Source: a virus
Virus record (IMG/VR): IMGVR_UViG_3300027896_000010
Location: 1 to 64,000 of that record
Length of the DNA stretch: 64,000 bases
Reading direction: 5' to 3' (one strand)
The notes under the pieces were generated by a model, which saw nothing but the letters and a program-made list of their open reading frames with translations, was not told the DNA's origin and made no database searches. Positions 26,011 to 34,536 of the stretch are shown piece by piece. Each line of letters starts with the position of its first letter. The stretch's first letter is position 1. The position numbers and the translations under genes were made by a program.

Positions 26011-27301
26011 ATCTCGTCAGGCGCTCGTTTCTGGGTAACCAGCAGAACAGACAAAGCTCTACACCCTTTGGCCCCATCCCTTCTCCGCATCCTCCTGTCT
26101 CTTTATACGGACACATGAAAACTTCACTCGGCTTTATCCGGTCTCTCTTACCCAGCCCCTGATTCAATACATTGAGAGTCTGTTGAAGAGTGGCTCCTCC
26201 TTTGGGAATTATCAATGCCAATCCATCTACGTTAGGATTCTTGAGGAAAGACCTTATCTTTTCATTCGTACTGCCTTCATAATAAGTAGATTCTTCTTTC
26301 CAATTGACCTTGTCTTTCTTAGGCTCCATTTTTGGTAAACCAGTCGCCTTGTCATACACTATCTCATTTTGGTGATTGGGATTTTTGTTTCTCACAGGTT
26401 GCATTATCACTTCGCCAGTTTCTGGGTCTATGGATTCTGCTTCGTCATAGAAATTAGTAGGCAATTCATAATTAGGGTCAATGCTTCCGTTGAATACCAT
26501 GTTCTCTGGTTTATCCCTCATGTTCTCCAACAGCTTGTATACCTTGGTGAAAGCCATGAACCTGACCTGTGGGCATCCCCTTGCTACATCCATCCATTTA
26601 TAGAAATAGTCCTTATCATAGAAGTCTCCAGACTCATGTATCCTAATGATATCGACGCCATCTTTGTAAGCTTGCCTTATGCCAGTAATCATCAGGCTTG
26701 TGAAATTGGAGTCAAGAGATGTATAGTATCTATCCATCCTGTAAGGAAGAGATTGGTTATACATCCCCTCTGGCTTTCTGGCATAACAAAATTCATGACA
26801 AAACTCAGTTGATTCTGGACAAGTCTTCCAGCATGGAAGACACCACACCCCTATCCTCGCGTCTAACTTACGGTTACCATATTTCAATAAATCTTTTGAG
26901 GCCACAAGTACTCTCCCGCAAGGGCTTAGCATCTTATCCCCTGTGAACTTATCACTTCCCTTGGCAGGGTCATATTTATCCCTCTTCTGGGTGCGAGGCT
27001 TCTTCCCCCTATCAGTAGTTTGCTGTAAGTAAAGCCCCCTTTGCTCGTCTTTCTTTACTTTGAATTTCGATTCTAAGGTCATCCCAAGGCTAGACATATC
27101 GATATCATCTATGACCATAAACCCATTTTGCTTCGCTACTCCTATGAAGTCACCAACTGAGTGGATAGCTCTATGGACTATGTTCTTAAGCTTATCCCAT
27201 AGTCCAGCCTCTCTTATAATTTCATCAGCAATATGGGAAGCTATGACTTCAATGTTATCGCTTATAACCTTAGCTATAACATCATCTATCCAGTCATCCA
27301 A
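25976..27301 (-). CDS. Gp88-like (radical-SAM-like Cys cluster) protein with leader-A
   Basis: CLPCWKTCPESTEFCHEFCYA, IRIHESGDFY..Y..KW, FMAFTK; leader MDDWIDDVIAKVISDNI. Confidence 0.75.
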   Translation of the reverse strand: MDDWIDDVIAKVISDNIEVIASHIADEIIREAGLWDKLKNIVHRAIHSVGDFIGVAKQNGFMVIDDIDMSSLGMTLESKFKVKKDEQRGLYLQQTTDRGKKPRTQKRDKYDPAKGSDKFTGDKMLSPCGRVLVASKDLLKYGNRKLDARIGVWCLPCWKTCPESTEFCHEFCYARKPEGMYNQSLPYRMDRYYTSLDSNFTSLMITGIRQAYKDGVDIIRIHESGDFYDKDYFYKWMDVARGCPQVRFMAFTKVYKLLENMRDKPENMVFNGSIDPNYELPTNFYDEAESIDPETGEVIMQPVRNKNPNHQNEIVYDKATGLPKMEPKKDKVNWKEESTYYEGSTNEKIRSFLKNPNVDGLALIIPKGGATLQQTLNVLNQGLGKRDRIKPSEVFMCPYKETGGCGEGMGPKGVELCLFCWLPRNERLTRYGARHVAFISH

Positions 27302-27312
27302 TTGACTATCTC

Positions 27313-28536
27313 CTATTTCTTCTCTTCCTTCTTTTCCTTTACGGTCTCCTTCGCTTTCTCGGCAGAAGGAGTGGCACTCTTGCCCATCTTGTCTACTACC
27401 TCGTCATGCACCCAGTCGAGAATATCGTCTGCATACTCACGCACGACATCATAGACCAGAGCCTCGTCGCCCTTCTCTTCCTTCGCCCATCGTGCGACAT
27501 CGGTCATGAAGGATTGAATGTCTCCAAACACATATCCACTGTCTTGGTCAACTGGCATAGAATCCCCTACATCCAGCGTCTCTGGGAGCGTAGCTGGCTC
27601 CTCAGGGGCTTCTGGAGCCATCGGAGCCTCTGCCCCTATGTCCATGTCACCCTCGTCGCCCTTACCGGCAGGTGGGACGGGAGGGCCTTCAGGCTCAGCC
27701 GCTTCCTTCTCAATCTCCTGCTTAACCAACCTCGCTATTAACTTTACAAGCTCTTCGTCTTTCATGCTGTTCTCCTTTATGTAAGCTGATTTTTCTATAG
27801 GCCAGTAATTTCCACCTGATTCTTTCATATCTTTTTCTGGAACAGTTTGCATAAATCTTTTTACTACGACTGGATTATTGTCAGCACACGTTAACATATC
27901 TTCATCTTTAAACATTATGCAAACTCCATTACTGGAATTGCCTTTACTAGAAGTTAAGTAAGCCATCATTGTAGGTACGTAAGGAACAAGTTCGTCACCT
28001 TCTGGATGATAACCCCCAAAATCCAAATTTTTCTTTTTGTAAGTTGTTAGAATTCTCTTTATCTTTACTGAAGTAGGAGCGTACCAAACCCACGCACCTC
28101 TTCCAGTAATATGGTCATACTCTACTCCTGTATAAACCCAAGGTGTGCTGGGGTCAGTTAACATCTCTTGCTCTGCCAATTCCAACTTATTCAACCATGC
28201 TTGCCTTATGTCGCTATGTTCGTATTGCTTATCTCTATCAATAGGCCCAAACCTCTCTTCGTCCATCCTATCCATGTACGCATCTTCAGATTCATCTTCA
28301 CGCATACCATCTGCCAGCACCTCCTTGACCACCTTTGCTACTACCTGTGCAATCCTCTCTTCATCCATGATTCTCTCCTTTATCTTGCTAGCTTTATCAT
28401 GCGAGAACTCACTCCCGCAGTCCTGACAGCGGAACCATTCCTTAGCTCCAAGAGTACCCAGCGGGACTCCTATGCCTGAGCAATACGGGCAACTGGGATT
28501 CTCCAGCGGTTCATCTAACTCATCATAATCTTCCAT
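27313..28536 (-). CDS. composite ORF: zinc ribbon plus two internal leader-A units (starts 28368 and 27765)
   Basis: CPYC..CQDC; MDEERIAQVVAKVVKEVLA; MKDEELVKLIARLVKQEI; each preceded by AAGGAG. Confidence 0.7.
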   Translation of the reverse strand: MEDYDELDEPLENPSCPYCSGIGVPLGTLGAKEWFRCQDCGSEFSHDKASKIKERIMDEERIAQVVAKVVKEVLADGMREDESEDAYMDRMDEERFGPIDRDKQYEHSDIRQAWLNKLELAEQEMLTDPSTPWVYTGVEYDHITGRGAWVWYAPTSVKIKRILTTYKKKNLDFGGYHPEGDELVPYVPTMMAYLTSSKGNSSNGVCIMFKDEDMLTCADNNPVVVKRFMQTVPEKDMKESGGNYWPIEKSAYIKENSMKDEELVKLIARLVKQEIEKEAAEPEGPPVPPAGKGDEGDMDIGAEAPMAPEAPEEPATLPETLDVGDSMPVDQDSGYVFGDIQSFMTDVARWAKEEKGDEALVYDVVREYADDILDWVHDEVVDKMGKSATPSAEKAKETVKEKKEEKK

Positions 28537-28537
28537 T

Positions 28538-29422
28538 CTATTTCCCCCTCTTCAGCCAACTGAACCAGCCCTTCTTTACCTTGCCCTTACGGCAATAGTT
28601 GCTCGTCCTCAGTTTGAATTGCTTATAGATTGCACAGTTCTTGCATATGCAATGCGAAGGTGTCGGTGTCGGCGTAGGTGTTGGAGTCGGTGTAGGTGTA
28701 GGTGTGGGTGTCGGAGTTGGCGTAGGTGTAGGTGTAGGAGTAGGAGTAGGAACTGGAATCGGCACTGGCTGCACAGCAGCCCATGCTTCTCCCGGCGATT
28801 CGATACCATTTAACAGCTTCTGGAAATCAGAGATGAGGATTTTGAACTTGCCCTGCAAGCCCCAAGTCGTTCCCCATGAATTAACAGCGTCCAGATACAT
28901 ACTATCCTCACCGTTCTGGAACCAGCAGTGACCCCCCTGAACCGAACCAGTCGGCTTGATAACGCCATTCACTGGGTCAAACATATCGCTAGTCCACTCG
29001 GTTCCCACGAGAACAGATCCATGTTTTTGAAGCCAGTCCACGATTTCTGTCATGGTATTCAGCTTGGCGTAGCCACTTATCCAGCCCTTGTCTTTTGCTA
29101 CCTTCAATCCGTCTCTCACATAAGCCCCATCTTCGGCTCCCGGCTCTCCCTCCAGTATTTTGATATCAAGATAAAAGCCATGGCACTGTTCCCCGGAGAG
29201 ATGCGGGTCGATGTGATTCTCATCATCACAATTCAGCATACCTCCAGTGCCATATGCCACACACTCATTCGTGCTTCCTTGGTCAAGGATTTCGGTATCC
29301 GACCAGATAACTGGGACGGCTATCCCCTCGTCTATCATCGATTCTAATTGCTTGACGGTATAGTCCCTTGGGTCATCGACAAGGGGCTTTCTGCCTAGAC
29401 CGAACTGCTTATCCCCACTCAT
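28538..29422 (-). CDS. papain-like (C1) cysteine peptidase with Pro-Thr linker
   Basis: DQGSTNEC, GGHC, NSWG.TWG. Confidence 0.85.
   Translation of the reverse strand: MSGDKQFGLGRKPLVDDPRDYTVKQLESMIDEGIAVPVIWSDTEILDQGSTNECVAYGTGGMLNCDDENHIDPHLSGEQCHGFYLDIKILEGEPGAEDGAYVRDGLKVAKDKGWISGYAKLNTMTEIVDWLQKHGSVLVGTEWTSDMFDPVNGVIKPTGSVQGGHCWFQNGEDSMYLDAVNSWGTTWGLQGKFKILISDFQKLLNGIESPGEAWAAVQPVPIPVPTPTPTPTPTPTPTPTPTPTPTPTPTPTPTPSHCICKNCAIYKQFKLRTSNYCRKGKVKKGWFSWLKRGK
28665..28772. repeat. (Pro-Thr)n coding tandem repeat
   Basis: degenerate 6-nt repeat GG(T/A/C)GT(A/C/T/G) encoding roughly 18 PT units. Confidence 0.9.
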
Positions 29423-29973
29423 TTTTTTACTCCTTTAAATCCCTTATAACCCATCTCAACTTCACCCTTGTCTTCATCCTTGTCTCCACCCTCATCTGCT
29501 TTAGCCCATTCTCTTTCCTGCTCTGGCCCTTGCCCCGGCCCTTGACTAGTAAGCATCTTTATAGTTACCAGACGTCTCCTTAATATCTGCAAACGAGCCT
29601 TAACATGGGCATCGGGGTTAGATGTCATAGTCGTATAAACATCAATAACCCTTATCAGGTCACTAGCCATATCATCATTAAGCATCAACGGCCTATGATT
29701 GCCTAGTTCATATTCCTCGAATGCTTCTTCCTCTGCGCCTTCTGGGGGTTTCTCTTCGGCGAACTCGTCTTTGACCTTATGCAATGAACGCCGACCCTCA
29801 TAAGGGAACCGTCTCTCTATCTCATCGATGTCACCAAAATAAGTACTCACCCCAAGAGCCTCTTCTAGAGCCGACCTGACCTTAAGTCTGAGGGCTTCGC
29901 GGTCTTCATCATCAACGTCACGCACTTCCATGTTGCTCTCCTGTTCTATGCCTTCGATTTTACGCTGGTTCAT
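29419..29973 (-). CDS. acidic protein with MNQRKIE leader and a leader-A-like segment
   Basis: ATGA-coupled start at 29973; DDEDREALRLKVRSALEEALG. Confidence 0.65.
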   Translation of the reverse strand: MNQRKIEGIEQESNMEVRDVDDEDREALRLKVRSALEEALGVSTYFGDIDEIERRFPYEGRRSLHKVKDEFAEEKPPEGAEEEAFEEYELGNHRPLMLNDDMASDLIRVIDVYTTMTSNPDAHVKARLQILRRRLVTIKMLTSQGPGQGPEQEREWAKADEGGDKDEDKGEVEMGYKGFKGVKK

Positions 29974-30089
29974 GCCCACTCACATATCCAATCCATGGGC
30001 AAGAACCTCTTGAATGAACATTCCCAAGAGGCGTCACAATCCTCACAGCCCATATCTAATATGCAAAGAAAGCTACAAAATTCATTCAT
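29970..30089 (-). CDS. 39-aa Cys-rich peptide (below ORF-track cutoff)
   Basis: MNEFCSFLCILDMGCEDCDASWECSFKRFLPMDWICEWA; overlaps both neighbours. Confidence 0.4.
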   Translation of the reverse strand: MNEFCSFLCILDMGCEDCDASWECSFKRFLPMDWICEWA

Positions 30090-31152
30090 TAGTATCATCT
30101 CTAGAGTTATCGTGGTCACCGCCTACTTTTGTTATCTCATGGAAAAGTATTGCCTTATCAATCATTTCTTTGGTAGTAGAGCCAGCCTTATCTTTCGGCC
30201 TTAACATTTCAAGAACAGAATTAATCTCTGCCAGTTTACTCAGCATGGCGCTTGCCACCATCTCTTGGATATCCCTTTGCTCTTCATCGAAGTAATCCAT
30301 AGTATCTCCAGCCGCCTCGTGATAACGGTCTGTTATTTCCCCAGCTACCTGACCGATAAGCCAATTGATATCAGACTTTCTGAGTTGCGTATATAACTCA
30401 GTTAGCAGGGGAGCTATCTCTCTTTTAATCGCCTTCCTGAATGCCTCATAAGCCTTAGGGTCACGATAGAACCTCTCCAGAGGACTTTCGAATTTACCCT
30501 GAGGCAGGGCGTCTATAAACTTTCGTGCCTGTAGTTCACAGGAGTCCAACACATCGAAGATATAGGCTCTGCCTACGCTGACGTTGGCTTCGTTCCTGCC
30601 AAGGCTATAGGGGCCGTTAGAAGGCTCCAGATGCAATCTATTCCTATATTCTTGTAGTTCTTCAGTAAGAGCCGACAGAACCTCTAGCGTGGCTTCCCTG
30701 ATTATCCTGACTAGTTCTGGCCCCTTTATAGAAGCCTCTATCGCTGTCGGGTCATATTCCCAGAATGGGCAATCCATACCAGACCCCTCTCCCACTGGCT
30801 CGTCTGCTGGAGTCCTCGTTAGGTCTTCTGGCTCCGCATAGGTCAAATCCATGAAGTCCTTATCAGCCTCAAGCTCTGTACCAATTTCATCCCACGCTTG
30901 GTCATATTTAAGCTCATCTTGGTCGGTCTGCCCGGGATTGGCGACGATATCATTTACTTGAGGCCCGAACTTCTTGACCAGCTTTTTCTTCTTGCCATCC
31001 GACCATATAGCAAAAATGGCTTCCGCTTTCTCCCTGCGTTTCGGATTAGTGCAAAGCTCTTCCTCCTGATACGGGTCATACATAGAACTTGGGTTCATCC
31101 ACTCAGCCACTTCGTGCCATCTACAATTCATACATCCTATATCTTCATCCAT
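30082..31152 (-). CDS. two-domain hypothetical protein with an internal leader-A-like helix
   Basis: CxxC..C..C N-terminal domain; ELVRIIREATLEVLSA junction. Confidence 0.6.
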   Translation of the reverse strand: MDEDIGCMNCRWHEVAEWMNPSSMYDPYQEEELCTNPKRREKAEAIFAIWSDGKKKKLVKKFGPQVNDIVANPGQTDQDELKYDQAWDEIGTELEADKDFMDLTYAEPEDLTRTPADEPVGEGSGMDCPFWEYDPTAIEASIKGPELVRIIREATLEVLSALTEELQEYRNRLHLEPSNGPYSLGRNEANVSVGRAYIFDVLDSCELQARKFIDALPQGKFESPLERFYRDPKAYEAFRKAIKREIAPLLTELYTQLRKSDINWLIGQVAGEITDRYHEAAGDTMDYFDEEQRDIQEMVASAMLSKLAEINSVLEMLRPKDKAGSTTKEMIDKAILFHEITKVGGDHDNSRDDTNE

Positions 31153-31161
31153 GATTGCCCC

Positions 31162-31605
31162 CTACGGTTTCTCTACTGTTCGCTCAACATCAGATAGCCA
31201 GTCAAGTATTGGCCTCATACCTTCGCCATCAATGCTCCAAGCAGGTTCGCCACCATGCAGATTCAAACCCCCCTGCCCTAATCTATTAGAATCTTCAAGC
31301 AATGTCTCAATATAATAGGCAGAGACAAACTGGCTTGTATCCAGTGAATAGAACTCCGCAATCGGCATCGTCAGGAACTTCTTGTGGCTCTCACTTTCTT
31401 TGTCTACTATTCCTGTGTCATTAGTGTAGACGATGTTGACGAGCCACTTACCCACACACCCATCGTCATTAGGGGTTTCAAAGACCTTGGAAATACCCGT
31501 CTCGGTAAAATAGTCACCAGCGCGAGGGTCTTCGCTACGCATATTAATCCCCAACACCTCTCTCAGTACCTTTGATATTATTTCTTCAAGCCTATCTTCG
31601 TCCAT
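31162..31605 (-). CDS. leader-A protein
   Basis: MDEDRLEEIISKVLREVLG with AAGGGAG SD. Confidence 0.72.
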   Translation of the reverse strand: MDEDRLEEIISKVLREVLGINMRSEDPRAGDYFTETGISKVFETPNDDGCVGKWLVNIVYTNDTGIVDKESESHKKFLTMPIAEFYSLDTSQFVSAYYIETLLEDSNRLGQGGLNLHGGEPAWSIDGEGMRPILDWLSDVERTVEKP

Positions 31606-31858
31606 GGCTATCTCCCTTTTTCTTGCGCCTCTTTCTGGTCTTGGGGTTCTCTTCATCTAGCTTGACTTTGCCATTCTGCCCTAATGGACTTGGAATCAAA
31701 TTGAATAGCAATCCTATGATTACTGGCATCAGATATTTATCAACTTTCTCAAAGCCCTGAATAGCTCCTATCGTCAACAGGAATATAGCAATTAACCCCA
31801 AGATTATTGGGGTTAAAGCATAAGGATTTTTCTTGAGTTGTAGTATGAATCTTTCCAT
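31592..31858 (-). CDS. small two-TM membrane protein (holin-like)
   Basis: two hydrophobic helices and a basic C-terminal tail; start reassigned to MERFIL. Confidence 0.5.
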   Translation of the reverse strand: MERFILQLKKNPYALTPIILGLIAIFLLTIGAIQGFEKVDKYLMPVIIGLLFNLIPSPLGQNGKVKLDEENPKTRKRRKKKGDSHGRR

Positions 31859-31859
31859 A

Positions 31860-32351
31860 TCACTTCTTTTTCTTAGTCGGTTTCTTAGCTGGTTTCTTCG
31901 CTGGCTCCTTACACACAGCCTCAACAATCTTATCCAGTTCGTCAGCCATCATATCCAGCTTGTTAGACTCAATGCTTGCAAGCATAATATCCAGCTTCTC
32001 AACTATCTTCAAAGCCCTTTCGTCATTGGCATAATCACGCTCGGCTTTCTTCTTATCACGCTCTTCCTGCCTGTTCTGGGATAAGAGTAAAAATGATTGC
32101 ATGAGTAGGACAAATACCCCCAATACCAAGTTCAATAAAATGAAAGGATACTTATCAAACGCAATTCCTTTAGAGCTTACCAAGTGAAGTAACAGGGCGT
32201 TCCAGCCAACATACAAAACTATGAATACGCTGATGCCTATAATATATGCCCATGAACCTGCAAACTTTGCTACTGCATCTGCGGCTTTCTGCCCGATAGT
32301 TAATTCTTCTTTTTGTTCTTCATGCCAAGTCTTTCCGTTCTGTACACTCAT
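31860..32351 (-). CDS. DUF1003-like membrane protein
   Basis: AD.VAKFAGSW, FDKYPFILLNL, SQNRQEERD. Confidence 0.85.
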   Translation of the reverse strand: MSVQNGKTWHEEQKEELTIGQKAADAVAKFAGSWAYIIGISVFIVLYVGWNALLLHLVSSKGIAFDKYPFILLNLVLGVFVLLMQSFLLLSQNRQEERDKKKAERDYANDERALKIVEKLDIMLASIESNKLDMMADELDKIVEAVCKEPAKKPAKKPTKKKK

Positions 32352-32366
32352 ATTGTTTCTCCCCTA

Positions 32367-32579
32367 TCAAGGCGGTGGGGCTGGCGGTGTCCAAGTATCT
32401 GGGTCTACCGTGTCCATGACAGTAAAATCTGCTGGGATGCTCTCATCAGATTCCATGAACGACTCTAGGAACTTCCCCAACTGAACCCATTTCTCTTCAT
32501 CTGGCTTAAAAGCCATATACTTCCCGCCTATGGCTTCAAGACCGCTCCACAGGACATACGCTAATTTCGGGTATGACAT
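32367..32579 (-). CDS. stand-alone copy of the shared ~62-aa C-terminal module
   Basis: YPKLAYVLWSG..GKYM.F.PDE.KWV.LG..LESFMESD. Confidence 0.75.
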   Translation of the reverse strand: MSYPKLAYVLWSGLEAIGGKYMAFKPDEEKWVQLGKFLESFMESDESIPADFTVMDTVDPDTWTPPAPPP

Positions 32580-32607
32580 AACATCCTCCTATATCTTATT
32601 CGGGGGG

Positions 32608-34500
32608 TTATTCCCCATTGTCTGGGTCTACAATATCATTCACTGTAAAATTGCTGGGGAGGTTCCCATCCGAATCCATAAACGACTCCAGCAATTCTCC
32701 AAGAACTACCCACTTGGTTTCATCTGGATTGAAAACCATGTATTTACCACTTACCACCCCAGTGCCAGACCACGTTACATTCGCTACTTTGGGGTATGCA
32801 ACCCCACCTTCAGAAGAATACCAACTAACTTCTAACGTGTGGTTTGCAACAACGTTGTGCATAGTGTAAATAGTTACACCGTAATAATTATAAACTCCGT
32901 CAACCAAAATTCTGGTAGAATGGCCTTCATCTGGACTGCAAGTTACAGTCAAATCACTATTATAATTTACACTGACATGCCCCAAAGGACTTACGGTGCC
33001 ATGTAAAATACCACTTTCAAAAATATAAACATCAAACAATTGGGCAATATTTGCCCTAGCGGCCAACAAATAATTGAAAGTACTTTGAATATTTGACTGA
33101 GAATCCAAAATGGCGACTTCAGTATTTTTAACGTTTGCCTTAGTTGCCAATAAATAATTGAAAGTACTTTGAATATTTGACTGAGAATCCAAAATGGCGA
33201 CTTCAGTGTTTTTAACGTTTGCCCTAACTGCCAAGCTTTTTTCTTGCAAATTTGTTATTCTAGCACTAGAGTTAATGGTTTGTGTTTGAGTTTTACTTAA
33301 ATTGACTTTTGAAATTTCAGTGTACGTCATGGTCTCAGTAACTGTAAATCCATTGGAAAGAGTACCATTCCCAGTATCTGTATTTGTTACATTAATATCC
33401 CATGTACCTACAATAGCTCCTGTTATAGGGGCAATACAATCTATCTTCGTTGGAGAGTCCACATTTACTGAAGTACAATCAATGTCAAATTGCCCTATCT
33501 TCTTCAAAGCTACAGTCGCTCCTGAGGCAAATCCTGTTCCTTCAAGGTCAGTGATAGAGACTGAAGTGTTATTAAACCCTGAAGACGGGGCACAAGAGAT
33601 AACAGTAGGACTAATTATTGCTGTCCCTGCCCAAACGTCTCCACCCCAAATTGCATCATCAGCATTACCAATGGCAGGAAGTCTTCGAACTAAAGTCGCC
33701 CCATCACCTTGAAAGACTTTGAAGTATCCAGTAATACCAGTTCCACCGAAGTCCACAAGTGTACAATCCATAATAGCGGTTCCATCACTTGCCGCTGCGC
33801 TAGTAGCAAGAAGGGTATCAGAAGAATTGTAGAGTTTTACTATATAACCATCTTCAACTGTTTTTCCCGCTGAACCAATGGTTATGTTCAGTGAAGAAAA
33901 AATACTCATGTAGGCAACTGTAATGGTATTGTAATCATATACTGAACGTAAGTCACCTACAAGTACAAAAGGTAAATATGTATACGTAACCACATTTGAA
34001 TATGTGTCTATCGCGGCTATAGTTGATGGGTTACGACCAACCATCTTCTTATTACCAGCACCATCGCTTGTTATTTCATAAAGCCAATAATTATCATCCT
34101 CATAATTCGCCGGAGCATTAGCCGCACTAACTGACCAATAGAAACGACCTCCGTGGCCAGCACCATTGCTTATTTGACAACGACAAGGAGGGGATGACCA
34201 TGCTAGATTAGCGGCTGGCACAGAATCTATATCATTTACACCCGCTACACAAACAACGCTCTCCCCTACTGAAGTAACCTTTGTTTTTATTCTTACAACC
34301 CACGGTAAGGCATCATTCAACGCAACTGTTTTAACGATGTAAGCATAGTCTGTGTATGCCGCTGTCGTACAGGTACAGAGGTTCCCAGATACCGCTACTG
34401 TCCCGTTTCCTCCAACTACAGCATTAAGCCAAGCTGGAAGTGAAGAGCCGGGAAAGTTGGTAGCATTTATCAGACCATTAGTGATTTTATTAAAGCTCAT
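32608..34500 (-). CDS. virion decoration/adhesion protein (lectin-like, IPT/TIG-like, InlB-B-repeat-like, shared C-terminal module)
   Basis: PTVISCAPSSG..GTGFASGATV Ig pattern; GTVSPLGHVSV; 28-aa tandem repeat. Confidence 0.7.
   Translation of the reverse strand: MSFNKITNGLINATNFPGSSLPAWLNAVVGGNGTVAVSGNLCTCTTAAYTDYAYIVKTVALNDALPWVVRIKTKVTSVGESVVCVAGVNDIDSVPAANLAWSSPPCRCQISNGAGHGGRFYWSVSAANAPANYEDDNYWLYEITSDGAGNKKMVGRNPSTIAAIDTYSNVVTYTYLPFVLVGDLRSVYDYNTITVAYMSIFSSLNITIGSAGKTVEDGYIVKLYNSSDTLLATSAAASDGTAIMDCTLVDFGGTGITGYFKVFQGDGATLVRRLPAIGNADDAIWGGDVWAGTAIISPTVISCAPSSGFNNTSVSITDLEGTGFASGATVALKKIGQFDIDCTSVNVDSPTKIDCIAPITGAIVGTWDINVTNTDTGNGTLSNGFTVTETMTYTEISKVNLSKTQTQTINSSARITNLQEKSLAVRANVKNTEVAILDSQSNIQSTFNYLLATKANVKNTEVAILDSQSNIQSTFNYLLAARANIAQLFDVYIFESGILHGTVSPLGHVSVNYNSDLTVTCSPDEGHSTRILVDGVYNYYGVTIYTMHNVVANHTLEVSWYSSEGGVAYPKVANVTWSGTGVVSGKYMVFNPDETKWVVLGELLESFMDSDGNLPSNFTVNDIVDPDNGE
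33062..33233. repeat. 84-nt in-frame tandem duplication
   Basis: NVKNTEVAILDSQSNIQSTFNYLLA present twice, near-identical DNA. Confidence 0.9.
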
Positions 34501-34536
34501 AACTGAATCACCATTTGTTACTTACCCTTCTTTTTG

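Noticed and set aside
28665-28772. GT-rich tandem repeat as a CRISPR or origin element
   Set aside because: It is a degenerate Pro-Thr linker within the peptidase ORF.
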